Shown in pieces: positions 38,262 to 50,617 of a stretch of 64,000 nt of DNA. Where the stretch lies: assembly GCF_006345805.1 (NCBI RefSeq), contig NC_043003.1, positions 36,704,001-36,768,000 on the forward strand, written 5' to 3'. A program made the position numbers and the translations under genes. Every line of letters begins with the position of its first letter. The first letter of the stretch is position 1. The notes under the pieces are model-generated. The model was given only the letters and a program-made list of their open reading frames with translations, did no database searches and was not told the origin of the DNA. Source of the DNA: Octopus sinensis (lineage: Eukaryota).

Positions 38262-38452
38262 ATCTGCCTACATTTCTCTTATACCCGCACAACCGAATAT
38301 TTTACGAATTTATTCTACTTCTCGCAGACGTGTCTTTCAGCCAACGTATCGTTGTCTCTGATATGTTACTTAATCTTTCGTTCGCATATCTCACTCATTC
38401 ACTCTTCTTCTCCTCTTTCTATTTTTCTCTTTCTCTCTCTCTCTTTCTCTCC

Positions 38453-38507
<55 letters not shown>

Positions 38508-38560
38508 GCGCACCTTTCTCTCTATCTTTATCCGTTATTTTCGCACATCATATTTCAGTT
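37730..38560. repeat. Pyrimidine-rich (CT)n low-complexity tract
   Basis: Direct reading. Confidence 0.85.
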
Positions 38561-39491
38561 TCTCTCATTCACGTTAATATCTTGATTTCATTTCATGTCG
38601 AAAATAGTACGATGTTTGACAACGAGAATAAATGATAGCCAGTGCATTAGAACCAATTAGGAATAATTAAGGTCACAGGAGGGTAATTAGGATCAGTTCT
38701 TAATGAAATGTAATTATTACAGATGATACTTTTTTGATGAGGAAAGAGGCAAAGCAAAACGAAGAATGATAGACAACCAACAGTCGTTGTCAATATCAAG
38801 TTGTACCGAATAACACCACTAAAGAATATATCGAAATACAATTATTTCCAAGTGGAGATGAAACAATAATATTCATGAGTTAGATAGAATTAATTTACCA
38901 TCAGCCTAGAATATTCCAATTTTTATGTAAATCTTTCGAAGAGTGAATTTCAAAATAGATTTTCAGCAACATGTTCAGAAAGCTCTAGATTAAACTAACG
39001 TAATTTTCTAATATCAACGCAATTAATCTTAGTTTTTATCCTCTTATTCTTTTTGTAATTACTCTTGTTATATTATTGTAAAGTTACATCTTGGAAATTT
39101 GTATTATTTTCTTTTAAATTTTCGTTTAAATATGGAAATACGAAGATGGTGAAAGCCAGTAAAACGAGTTAAAAAGCGGAGAGAGTGGGAAGAAAAGAAA
39201 GTGATGTGTCCCGCTGGAAGTAGAAAACGCATCAAAACCTCAAAATATGTGCACGGCAGCTATTGTTTAACCCCAAGTTGACACTGACTGTCCAGAACTG
39301 TAGTCAGTATGACTACTCCGTATTTCTATGTGATATTGCGTATGTACGACTGAATCTTACGACATGTTCATTCCTCTACAAGACGTTGCCGTTTAATTTA
39401 ATTCTGCTGCAACTCGTTTCAACATTTTGCAGTTACACAATGTGGAGCGATTGAATGGAGAGTGTGTAGATTGTTACAGGCACTGGACAAA

Positions 39492-39632
39492 TGCATAACA
39501 TTTTTTCCGTCTCTTTACGATCTGAGTTCAAATGCCGCCGAGGTCAATATTGCCTTTCATCCTTTTGGTGTCGATGTAATACACTAGCATTTTCAACCAA
39601 AATTTCAGGCTTCGTGTCCATAATAGAAAACA

Positions 39633-39633
<1 letters not shown>
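39492..39633 (+). mobile_element. SINE-A whose (TTA)n tail anchors the Dong train
   Basis: GAGTTCAAATGCCGCCGAGGTC..AAAATTTCAGGCTTCGTGTCCATAATAGAAAA followed directly by (TTA)n at 39634-39765. Confidence 0.8.
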
Positions 39634-39681
<48 letters not shown>

Positions 39682-39701
39682 TATTATTATTATTATTATT
39701 A

Positions 39702-39765
<64 letters not shown>

Positions 39766-39768
<3 letters not shown>

Positions 39769-42097
39769 TAGTTTTATTTTTATAGCGTGCTTTCACTTCA
39801 CTACCGAGCGCAGCTCTGTGTGCCTTGGGTATGTGCTGTGATTTGTTGTGATGCTCTGATGGTTATTGTATGGAAAGTGTTCTGCGTAGGATGTGTGCAG
39901 TGCCTAGTAGTGCAATTTTATGTATGTTATATGTGTTTGTAAGTCCTGGTGTTTTTGTTATGTATTTGTCTGAATATTTTTTTATCATGCCTAATGCACC
40001 TACTATGATAGGAATTGTTTCTGTTTTCAGGTTCCACATTCTAGTTATCTCTATTTCCAGGTCTTTGTATTTTGAGAGTTTCTCCATTTCTTTTAGAGAC
40101 ACGTTGTCATCTGCCGGTATTGATACATCAGTTAGAAAGCATTTTTTTTCTTCATGATCTCTGACAACTATATCTGGTCTGTTGGCCTTAATTTCTCTAT
40201 CTGTGTGTATCGGCATATCCCAGAGTATGGTTGCTTTCTCGTTTTCTGTGACCTTTTCTGGTGTGTGCCTATACCATCTTTTTTCTGTTGTTATTCCATA
40301 ATGTTGGCATAGCTTCCAATGTATGTAGGTTCCAACTCTGTCATGTCTGTGAATATATTCCTTCTTAGCCAGGACTGGGCAGCTAGAGATAATATGATTT
40401 ATTGTTTCTTGTCCATCTCCACATATTCTGCAGTTACTTGTAATATTTCTTTTCATTACATGTTTTTGGTAATTTCTGGTGGGGAGGCTTTGGTCTTGTG
40501 CTGCAATTAAAAATCCCTCTCCTCTGCTTTGAGTCCTGAGCTTCTCAACCATTGCTGGGATTTTTCTTTGTCTGTTTCTTTTGCGTTTAGTTTAGTGCAG
40601 TATTTACCATGAAGGGGCTTTTCTTGCCATCGTTTTATCATGGCTCGTTGCTGTTCTATTTTTAGTTTGGATTTCATTTGTTTTATAGCTTTTGTTGTTT
40701 CTTCATCATCTTCTTCTTCTTCTTTGTGTTTATTAGGTGGTATGATTTCTTGTTTGTATTTGTCAGCTTCCTTAAATACTGAGAACAGTTTTTTGTTTTG
40801 CTCGTGTTTTGCTGCTATCTGGATCAGTTTTCCTTCCTTCTGAAGTAGGTATTTTTGCAGTCCTATGGTGGTTATTTTATAGTAGTTTTCCAGCTGTATA
40901 AGGCCTCTACCACCTTCTATACGTTGTATATATAGTCTTTCTATGTCAGATTTTGGGTGATGCATCCTAGATCCTGTCAGTATTTTTCTTGTTTTCCTAT
41001 CTACTTTGGACAGTTCATTTCGTGTCCAGTTAAGGATATTGTAGCTGTAACTTATAACTGGGACAGCTAAAGTGTTGATACCTATTATCTTGTTTTTAGC
41101 ATTGAGCTCTGTTTTTGGTATTGATCTAACTCGTCTATAATATTCTTTTTTTTATTTTCTCTTTCATTTGTGTGTGTTGTGTCTTATCTAGTTCATGGAT
41201 TCCTAAGTATTTGTAAGTTTGGCTTTGGTCTAATTCTTTTATTTCATTGGTTTTATCTAGTGTGATGTTGTCACTCTTAACTAGTTTTCCTCTTTTCATG
41301 GTTACTTTGGCGCATTTTTCTAATCCAAATTCCATATCTATTTCTTTGGTAAATCCATGAACTGTCTTTAATAGTGTTTCCAGCTGTTTGTCATTTGCAG
41401 CGTATAGTTTTAGGTCATCCATATATAAAAGGTGGCTGATCGTTTTGCCGTAACATTTATATCAGCATCCAGTTCTATTTAGCATATCAGATAGAGGTGA
41501 CAGTGCCAAGCAGAAAAGGAGTGGAGAGAGCGTGTCTCCCTGGAATATTCCTCTTCTAATGGGGATGTCTTTGGTTTTCATGAGTCCCTCTTTTGTTTGG
41601 AGGTGTAGGACTGTTTGCCATTTATTCATAGAGTGCTCTATGAATTTTATGATTGTTGGTGCTACTTTGTTAATGGCTAGTGTTTCGAGGATCCATGTGT
41701 GGGGGATGCTATCAAACGCCTTTTTGTAGTCAATCCAGGCCATACTGATGCCTTTCTTCTTTCTGTGGCTGTCTTCAGTTACGGCTTTATTAATCATTAG
41801 TTGATCTTTACAGCCATATGAGCCCTTGCGGCATCCTTTCTGCTCTTCTGGGAGCAGTTTGTTTTCGTCCAGGTGCTTGTTCAGCCTTTGCGATATCACT
41901 GCAGTAAATGCCTTGAACATAGTAGGGAGGCAGGTTATTGGTCTGTAGTTTTCTGGTTTTGTTGTTTCATTTGATTTGGGAATTAAGATGGTTTTCCCCT
42001 TCGTGAGCCATTCAGGCATGTCTCTGGCTCTGCTAGTATGCTGTTAAAGTTTTCAGCCAGCTTTTTGTGCATTCCTGTTAGATATTTCAACCAGAAG

Positions 42098-42100
<3 letters not shown>
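39766..42100 (-). mobile_element. 5'-truncated, frameshifted R4/Dong element (family Dong-B)
   Basis: Four consecutive ORF pieces carry NFWLK, YRPITCLPTMFK, QKGCRKGSYGCKDQL, FQGDTLSPLLFC, YMDDLKLYA, CRICGDGQETINHIISSC and RPDIVVRD..EKLSKY; (TAA)n at both ends. Confidence 0.92.
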
Positions 42101-42143
<43 letters not shown>

Positions 42144-42165
42144 GAGTATTATTATTATTATTATG

Positions 42166-42213
<48 letters not shown>

Positions 42214-42223
42214 GTTATTATTG

Positions 42224-42755
42224 TTTAGTAGGAGAGCACTGCATGCCATCAAGGTGACACTGAGGTATAAATATACGAAGCCCAATATACCCATCATGAC
42301 TACCTGTCTGATAAGAGTACACCAGCTTCATGCATCACAAACATATGTGTGCGGCATGGTAACCTTAATACCAAGATAAACAGCGCATGACCTTGCAGGT
42401 GGATCCCAGTTAGCATTTTCTTCGGGTTGACTAGCCTGAATGAGGTTCCTTTAAGGACGCTGGACCAAATACTCATGATTCCAGTGTTTAATTATTCAAA
42501 CCCCCAATGAATTACTCTCAGCGCATGGCCATGATAATCTCTTACTACACCTGCTCATGATTAGAGATGCATATAACGTCAGCCACACAGGAACATGCTC
42601 AGCTGGCTAAGGTGAAACAAATGACAAGCAAATCTGTGGTTTTGAGCAGAATACTTGTTGTGGTATCTTTTTGTACCAAGACAGAACACGTACATGTTTA
42701 ACACTTCCAGTCAGTTAAGATCAGAAGCCATGAGAGTCACTGCCTGGTACTGTAT
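42224..42755 (-). mobile_element. ~530-bp non-coding element bounded by TAA tracts (unclassified; candidate non-autonomous element)
   Basis: Complex sequence with no ORF and no evident Pol III B box. Flanked by the TAA-rich tract at 42101-42223 and a short GAT/TAA run at 42760-42781. Strand is inferred from its neighbours. Confidence 0.55.
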
Positions 42756-42781
42756 ATATCACCATCATCATTATTATTATT

Positions 42782-43590
42782 GAAGACGTCGCACAGTATC
42801 TAATATCGTGATGCTGTTGATTGAAGGTATTATGTCTATCCGGGCTTTGTACTATCTGTCAAGTTACAACAAGGATATCAGACAGACCCTACCGTAAGCA
42901 ATATGCGTGCAATTCCTAGTGATGCCGATTCTAACAATACGCCTAGATTGTACGGTATTTCTAAAGTTTCCATATGTTTTTTTTTCAGAATGGGTGGGTG
43001 GTCCGATGACAATTGGAACGACATTTATGTTTGACTCTCGTAGCTGCCACATCTTAGCGAGCTCAATTCTCCATATTAATCAATCGTTTCTCCTTCTTTA
43101 ATGATAATATGTTGATCTCCTGGCACTGCCACGTCAATTATTCGGCACACTTGTTTGCCCCTCCTAAATGTTACTATATCCGGCCTACGATGCTACAACA
43201 CCTTGTCTGTCTGGAAGTCAAATTACCAGAGGATTTTAGCCTTCCTCTTTTCACCTATTACCTTTTCCGTTGTATGTTGGTACCAAGCACCCGTTACCCC
43301 ATATTTATACTTCTGGCATAGTAGCCAATGAAGGTTCGGGGTTACCTTAACGTGTCTGCGCTTGTACTCTTTCTGCGCAAGACTTTCATAAGCACTCATA
43401 ATGTGAGTCACGCTTTCGACCCTCCTCTCACACATTCGGCAGAGGTTCGTTGCACTTCTGTGCTGTATATCCCTTTTCACTGCGTTAGTATTCAATGTCT
43501 GATCCTGGGCAGCGATGATTACGCGTTCAGTATTCTTCTTTAGGTCACCCTTGCTGAGCCACCTCTATGATGCTTCCTGGTCTTTTTAGT
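42782..43590 (-). mobile_element. 5'-truncated degenerate R4/Dong 3' part (family Dong-C)
   Basis: WLSKGDLKKNTERVIIAAQDQTLNTN..LCRMCERRVESVTHIMSA..KEYKRRH..LHWLLCQKY..WYQH..KILW..MWQLRE..VVPIVIG; ends in (TAA)4 and is preceded by TAA. Confidence 0.85.
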
Positions 43591-43614
43591 TATTAGTTTA
43601 TTATTATTATTATT

Positions 43615-44565
43615 CTATGTTTGACTTTTGCTCTATATTTGTACAAGTTGGCTCCAAGTCTCACCCAGTGGATATAATTGCTTACTTTGTCATGTTTATA
43701 CATATTCATACTTGGCAAGGACTGGGCAGCCCGAGATGATGTAGTCAACTGTCTCATTGTATTAGTTGCACATTCTGCACTTGGTGATGAGGCCTGTTTT
43801 CATTATTTTGCTTTTATAATTGTTTTTAGTCGATTTTATAATTGTTTTTAGTCTTGTACAGCGAGAATCAGTCCTTCCGTTCCGGCTTTTAGTCCAGAGC
43901 TTTTGAGACACTGTTGGCTTTTACTAAGACTCACTTTCTTGCTGTGAAGCCTTGCAAGGTACTGGTCATGAAGTGATTTTTCTCTCCATTTCTTCGAAAG
44001 TATCTTTTGTAATTCAATTTTCATACTTTTTTTTTGTCTCTCTGATCATTTCTGCTATGTTGTCATCTGAGATTAATGTGTCAGTGTAGCTTGCTTCTGT
44101 CATGTATTTTGTCGCCACCTTGTTTATAGAGAAAAACGTTTTATTTTTCTCGTGTTGCTTTATTCATCCCCTCTTTCATTCTAAGTACGTTGCTTGTCCA
44201 ATAGTTTTTATTTCATAGTAGTTTTCTATCTGTATCAGGCCACAGCCTCTTTCTGAGCGGGGTAGATATATTCTATCTGCGTCTGCTTTGGGGTGGGTAC
44301 TTCGGTACGCTGTTAGTAGTTTTCTGATTTTTCTATTTGTGTTTCTCAATTCACTGAATTTCTAGCTTATTATGTTAAAGCTGTAATTTATGACTGGTAT
44401 GGTTAGCATTTGTATCCCTATTAACTTATTTTTAGCATTAAGTTCAGTGTTTGATATGCTGGCTGACAGAGCAATGTGGCCTTTTTGTGAACCAAATTAC
44501 AGGTCAACCACTCTGATGTTAGGTAATTTTTCTTCTTGAAATTTTCTTTGCTATATCTTTCGCTA
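43615..44565 (-). mobile_element. Chimeric R4/Dong fragment: diverged body (43669-44565) fused to a 54-nt Dong-A 3' tip (43615-43668)
   Basis: Body gives TELNAKNK..IPVINYSFNI..RKIRKLLT..HPKADADRIYLPRSERGCGLIQ..KCRMCN..ETVDYIISGCPVLAK..HDKVSNYIHW. The tip matches 23564-23617 with 2 mismatches. Confidence 0.8.
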
Positions 44566-44627
44566 TATTTATATTATTATCCTTATTATTATTATTATCC
44601 TTATTATTATTATTATTATTATTATTA

Positions 44628-44682
<55 letters not shown>

Positions 44683-44774
44683 GTAAACCCCACGTTGTGC
44701 GCATTGTATTTCGCTCTTGTGTTCAATGTAATCAAAAAATGTTTCAAATTGTATATAACCATGTGCAGGAACAG

Positions 44775-45012
44775 CTAGGTGCAGAAGTGGGTGGGTGGTA
44801 AGAAGCTTGCTTCCCAAACACATGGTTCTGGGTTCAATCTTCTACTATAGCCTCGGGCTGACCAAATCCATGTGAATGGATTTATTAGATGGAAACTGAA
44901 ACAATCCCGTCGCGTGTGTGTATGTGTGTGTGTCTGTCTGTCTGTTTGTAGACCCACCATCGATTGACAACCGATGTTTGTATGTTTATGTCCCTGTAAC
45001 TTAGCGGTTCGG
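44775..45012 (+). mobile_element. SINE-B 5' two-thirds
   Basis: GGTAAGAAGCTTGCTTCCCAAACACATGGTTCTGGGTTCAATC..GGAAACTGAAA..GTAACTTAGCGGTTCGGC. Confidence 0.75.
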
Positions 45013-45624
45013 CTGACGAAATACCTATTTCTTTACTACCCACAAGGGGCTAAAGTTAGAGGGGACAAACAAAGACAGACAAACTGATTAAGTCGATCAT
45101 ATCGACACCAGTGCGTGACCGGTACTTATTTAATCGAACCCGAAAGGATGAAAGGCAAGTCGACCTCGGCAGAATTTGAATTCACAACGTAGCGGCTGAC
45201 GAAATACCTATTTCTTTACCACCCACAAGCGGCTAAACGCAGAGGGGACAAATACGGACAGACAAACGGATTAAGTCGATTATATCGACCCCAGAGCGTA
45301 ACTGGTACTTATTTAATCGATCCCAAAAGAATGAAAGGCAAAGTCCACCTCGGCGGAATTTGAACTCTGAACGTAGCGGCAAACGAAATACCTATTTCTT
45401 TATTGCCCACAAGAGGCTAAACACAGAGGGGACAAACAAGGACAGACATAGGTATTAAGTCGATTACATCGACCCCAGTGCGTAACTGGTACTTAATTAA
45501 TCGACCCCGAAAGGATGAAAGGCAAAGTCGACCTCGGCGGAATTTGAACTCACAACGTAACGCAGACGAAATACCGCTAAGCATTTCGCCCGGCGTACTA
45601 ACCATTCTGCCAGCTCGTTGCCTT
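45013..45624 (-). mobile_element. SINE-A multimer train (head + 3 units)
   Basis: Three AAAGAAATAG|GTATTTCG junctions; the last runs into SINE-B sequence. Confidence 0.9.
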
Positions 45625-46097
45625 CTACTTGATATATATCATTACTATAATTCTCAAGATGACTATTTTGGGAATAAATTGAATAAACATGTGTAGGAAA
45701 AGGAGAAAATCAGAATTAGAGACACAAATTATGCTGTGAATCTTGAAACTTGGTCTGAATGTGAAATAACTGATAAATTCAGTTCAATATTGTGTACTCG
45801 TGAACTATGAAATCCATGGAAATATTTCGCAAACTATTTTTGTATGACAGAAGATGATCGACTACATCCTAAGAATGATGATGAAAATTTATAAAGGCAT
45901 TTTATCATTGATATGCAAACTTCCTGTCTCCGAAATGGAACTTCCTTTCATCAGCTTACGCCACTATAGCTTCCAGTTCGAGTGGCTTTCACAATGACAG
46001 TGAATACATCTCAATGTCAATCATTAAGCTATATATTTCTCTCCTTCTCAACCGATATATGTGGGCATGAATAATTGTATGAATTGCTGTCAAGAAC

Positions 46098-46330
46098 TAC
46101 ACCAGGAAGAAGCCATATCGCTGTCAGATCTGTGGTAAATATTTCAGTTTAGCAAGAGTCTTAACCACTTGCAAACATATTCATACCGAAGTAAAGCTAT
46201 ATTCCAGTCGTAGTAAATCCTTCTCGCAAAGATTTAGCTTAACTATATAGACATTAATACAGGAGAGAATCCATATCACTGCGGTGTAATATTCTCAGGA
46301 AATTATGACTTAACTTCTCAATGTCATCGA
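46098..46330 (+). pseudogene. Decayed C2H2 zinc-finger array (about 3 fingers)
   Basis: YTRKKPYRCQICGKYFSLARVLTTCKHIHTEVKLY..SKSFSQRFSLTI* then frameshift to NTGENPYHCG..FSGNYDLT; Zn ligands lost, stop and frameshift present. Confidence 0.75.
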
Positions 46331-47329
46331 TATTGTGTGTAGCACTGGTGTTTGTATTACATTAAAACATTTTTCAAGAGCTTTCATATTGGATATGTAA
46401 ATTAGATAAAAGTTTATATTCATACATATGATTTAATATACACTCTATTTATTTAATATACTTACTGTTTATATACTTTTAAATAGTATGGTCATTATGC
46501 TAGTTCAAATCACAACGTGGTCGATTTGGCCTTTCATGATTTTAGTGGTCGATAAAATAAGTACTACTTGATCTAATTGAATTGCTCCGTTCTCGCAAAA
46601 TTGCTTGTCATGTACCCTAATTAGGAAAGTCTAACCTAATAATTATATTCATGGAATTATATTAGTAGTTAATCAGTGTAAATGTGAAATTGAGGAATAT
46701 GTGTTAACATGGATTTAATATGGACGTTCAAGTTCTCAGAACTGTCTTCAAATAAGGCAGTCGATCATTACTTCAGCTATAAATATTATATAAGATAATT
46801 ATGCACAGGACTAAAGGAAGGAAAGCAACGAAAAGGATAACAGACCATAGAGCAGACACTGGTTGAAGAGCGGGATGAGGAGTTGTTTCATAACATAAAT
46901 GCACCTATCAGTTACAAATTTGTGAAAAATATTCACAGATTTTAAAAAATAAAACGACAATTTCAGCGGAAATCGATTTGTCTTTCATCCAGTCGAGGTT
47001 GATAAAATAAGTATCATTCAATGTAAACGACTTGCCCCTCACCTCAAAATTGTTTGTCTTCTGCCTAAATTAGGTAATCCTGTTTGGAATAATATTAACA
47101 GTTTCACCGTAGGAATATAAGTTTGAGGATATGTGGTTGTGCTTTGAAAATTATAAGCACAGATTCTAACATTAAATCTGATTTAAAAGTTATAGTATAG
47201 CAACAACCCACAAAAATTCACACAAAAAACAAAATTCTGACAAATAACTTGCCATCAAACCATGAAGCGAAAGTGTACTTACAAACATACGTGTACTTGC
47301 AAACATAGGAAGTAGTAGCTACACAGTCA

Positions 47330-48060
47330 CTGCTGATCCCTCGCAACAAACGAGGTTTTAGACTTAAGCACGGCCCCACCAAAGCAACAATTTGGGTATA
47401 GGAATGTGACGGAGAGATAATTCCCTGCCCACAAATTTTATGTCCAAGATATATGGAGAATGTTAAACAAATTACCATATATATTACTTACGATTATGGA
47501 GGGATGCTTTTTGGATGCCATTCAGAAACGATTGTTTTGGGGATATATCATTGTCCTGTGGGGGACGTAAAATGTAAAATCTGTCTGATTTTCATAAAAA
47601 AACACAAGTTCAAGTGAAATATTGAAATTGACACCTACCTTATGGGCTAGTCTGAAGGACAAAGTGCAGTGTTACACAGCGACGGTAGTTAGTGTGTTCA
47701 CATTAACATTGAAGACAGTCTCACATTTGTAATGCAATATAAGATAGTTGACTCACTCTGTGGAGGTGACAAAGAATGCAATGTAGTCAAAAGAATCTAT
47801 ATCGACAAGCAAGTGTCTTTCAACTCTTTGAAACGTATCGACCATCCACAGCATTATCCTGTTGTGGGTTAAGAAATTAATAAGATTGATGGTGCATCGA
47901 AAATATCTAGTTATTACAGTTGTGTTAACAAGATCATCCATGCTATTCTTACGCTCTGAAGAGCAGGGGAAGCGAAAACAAGGCAGCGTGAAGGAACACG
48001 CACCACAGTCCAGACCATAAACGGTCACAGTTTCGGAAAACGCAGAAGAAACCGCGTACT
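47330..48060 (+). mobile_element. Ancient RTE-type LINE remnant
   Basis: KRGFRLKHGPTKAT (cf. GLxLNxxKTK), DKECNVVKRIYIDKQVSFNSLKRI (cf. EIxRRIxxAKxAFxxL) and KLIRLM..MLFLRSE occur in the expected order. May extend to ~48720 (LEKIV). Confidence 0.45.
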
Positions 48061-48919
48061 AGTTCCTCGAAACTAGCGACAAAATTCCCATATTAGAATA
48101 TATGCCAAAAAACTACAACTTTTGTTAGTAATAGTACCACACAGAATCATATGTACGTCCTTGTAGGCTATCAAAATATCAATCATATCCTTGAAACATC
48201 AGAAAAGAGAGAACATATTGTACATGGAGTGAAATAGTATAAACGAACATTTATTTAGGAAACAACAAAACCATTCTGTTACCGTTACAATTCTACTTGA
48301 CTTAACCTGATGAAGCAAAATGTAATGGAACCTTAACAAAGACGGTGTATGTGTGTGTAATACACTTGTGCAGTTAATTCCTTAATTGGAGCAGGGGAAA
48401 TTTAAAGCAGCAATTTTTGATGACAGGTTTGTTAAATTTTCAAGATGCACTGGGCATTAAGGAAAGATGTGCATGGTCATTATATGTGCAAGTTGAAAAA
48501 AACCTTTCCTTGGCAACCATATAACATACATCCAGACTTAGTTAATAAGGTACATTATGTCTAATTTGAATAAACTTGGCTAAACATTAGCAACATAGTC
48601 CACTAGTTATCTTCCAAAGCTTAGACTGGCTTCTAGAAAAGATTGTTAATTTAAGGGAAAGAGAAGTAGAAATACTTATTAAGGGCATAAAAGACAATCG
48701 AGGTAAGAGGGAAGCTGAGATACACACATGAACGCAGGTTACTGCTGTAACCGTCCACAAAGACTATCCTGGTAAGTCTCATACTTGAATTTCCTATAAA
48801 AGACATTGTTTATTTTATATGATTATGTTTAATTTTAGATTTTGTCCCAAGATTAATGTTAGTAATACGTGAATGACTTATCAGCGAATAGTTATTAATT
48901 ACATTAGCATTTCTTGTAT

Positions 48920-49100
48920 TTAAGTCTCAAGCCCAACGAATTTGAGAGGAGGTAGTTGATGCCATAGACCTCTGTTTTTGCCTGGTACTGTATTTTATGG
49001 ACCCAGATCGGATGAAAGGCAAAGTTGACTTAGGCGACGTTTGAAATCAGAAATACAACAAAGCATTTTTATGGCGCTCAAACAATTCTACTGCCTTTCT
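48920..49100 (-). mobile_element. SINE-A, old. Further old copies at about 46495-46630, 46960-47075 and 56790-56955 (plus)
   Basis: GGATGAAAGGCAAAGTTGAC core recognisable. Confidence 0.6.
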
Positions 49101-50329
49101 AATAGAATATCATTGTCATTTTTGTATCGAAATAGCACATAATTAATTAATTAGTGCTTATAGTGCAGAAGCGATGCCAATTGTTAATCAGCACCACAAA
49201 TATCCCATGAATAAGTGTAACGTCAAAGGCACTGAAATGTGCGAAAGCAATGCATTTTATGTTAGTTTCTACCCGGCCCAATGTCGAAATCTGTGTCCCT
49301 AATCTGTATCCCTAAATGATAGTGTAAACTGCATTGTCTTGAATGAAAAATTGTGTTCATATATTACATTGAGATTTGTTTTATTGATTGTATTTTACGT
49401 CGTTGATTTTTATTCTAATATTTCGTTTGTTATGCAGAGTACGTACATTATTGATTTATATTATTTTCTCAGCTGGACATTGTGTTCCACTTTGTGTTCC
49501 GCATATGCTGTGTGATCGATGTTTTATATATTTGTTTTGAATGGTGAATCTTTAGTGAATGTATGGAGTGGGTTGCAATTGAGTGGCAACCATTGCAAAG
49601 CGAGTGGTTTGTGTTCTTGTTTCATTGCTCGGTATTGAATATAAAAGGAAATGTGGTGATTCTGTTGGATACCTGAGTGTCTGTGATGTGCTATTTCACA
49701 TGATGGTAATTCCATAGACTGTGTCATGACAATCATTGCGTGGGTGTGATAGTCTCCCTCAAATAATCAATTCAATTAGAGATGACTTTCGTAGAATTTG
49801 AGAATTTGAGATACCGGGCTCTCTCTTAGAGTGTATGTAAGAACTATGGTCTATAGTTTCTTTGACTATCATTGGTACTGTTTCTACTTTCATGTCCACC
49901 TTCTGTTTATTTCAATTACAAGATATTTGTACTCTTCACCACCCTCCGGCAATGTTTTCTCCGAAAAGAATCATATTGTTTCTCAGAGAAAATATACTTC
50001 CTTCCCAATTCTTAATAGTTAAATTTGGATGATTTGCCTTGAAGTACTTGTGAATCTGGTGTATTATGTACCAGATATTGGTAACCAACCCGCCTTCAAG
50101 TGTATTATATCAAGCTGCCAGCATTATTTCTAAACTATTTATTTAGCTGCAGACTTGATCATGTCTGTGAATATACCGAGACATTGAATGGGATAGGCAA
50201 TCTGACGAAATAAGGCTTTCGAGTTCCGTCCTTACTACTGTACTTCGCCTTTCTTCTACCCCCCGAATGTCTTGAGGTCTTGTGAAACATTATTATAATT
50301 ATTGTTGTAGTTGCTGCTGTTGTCATAGT

Positions 50330-50583
50330 TATTGCTACTGCTGCTCCTATTGCTGCTGCTGCTGCTGCTGATGATGATGATGATGAGGATGATGATGATA
50401 ATGATGATGATGATGATGATGGCGATAATGATGATGGCGATGAGAATGATGATGATGATGATGATGGTGATGGTGATGATATTGGCGATGATGATAATAA
50501 CGACGACGACGACGACGATGATGATGATGATGACGATGATGATGACGATGATGATGATGACGATGATGATGATGATGATGATA

Positions 50584-50615
<32 letters not shown>

Positions 50616-50617
50616 AT
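50330..50617. repeat. (GAT)n/(GCT)n microsatellite
   Basis: Direct reading. Confidence 0.95.

Noticed and set aside
45010-45215. CTGACGAAA in two SINE-train units as a possible hammerhead core
   Set aside because: Other units read CAGACGAAA, and there is no stem II between CUGANGA and GAAA.
48590-48775. Plus-strand exon-like segments with GTAAG donors (..SLDWLLEKIVNLRE..; ..HKDYP|GTAAGT)
   Set aside because: Acceptors are weak, there is no recognisable product, and the position is consistent with the tail of the RTE fossil at 47.3-48.1 kb.
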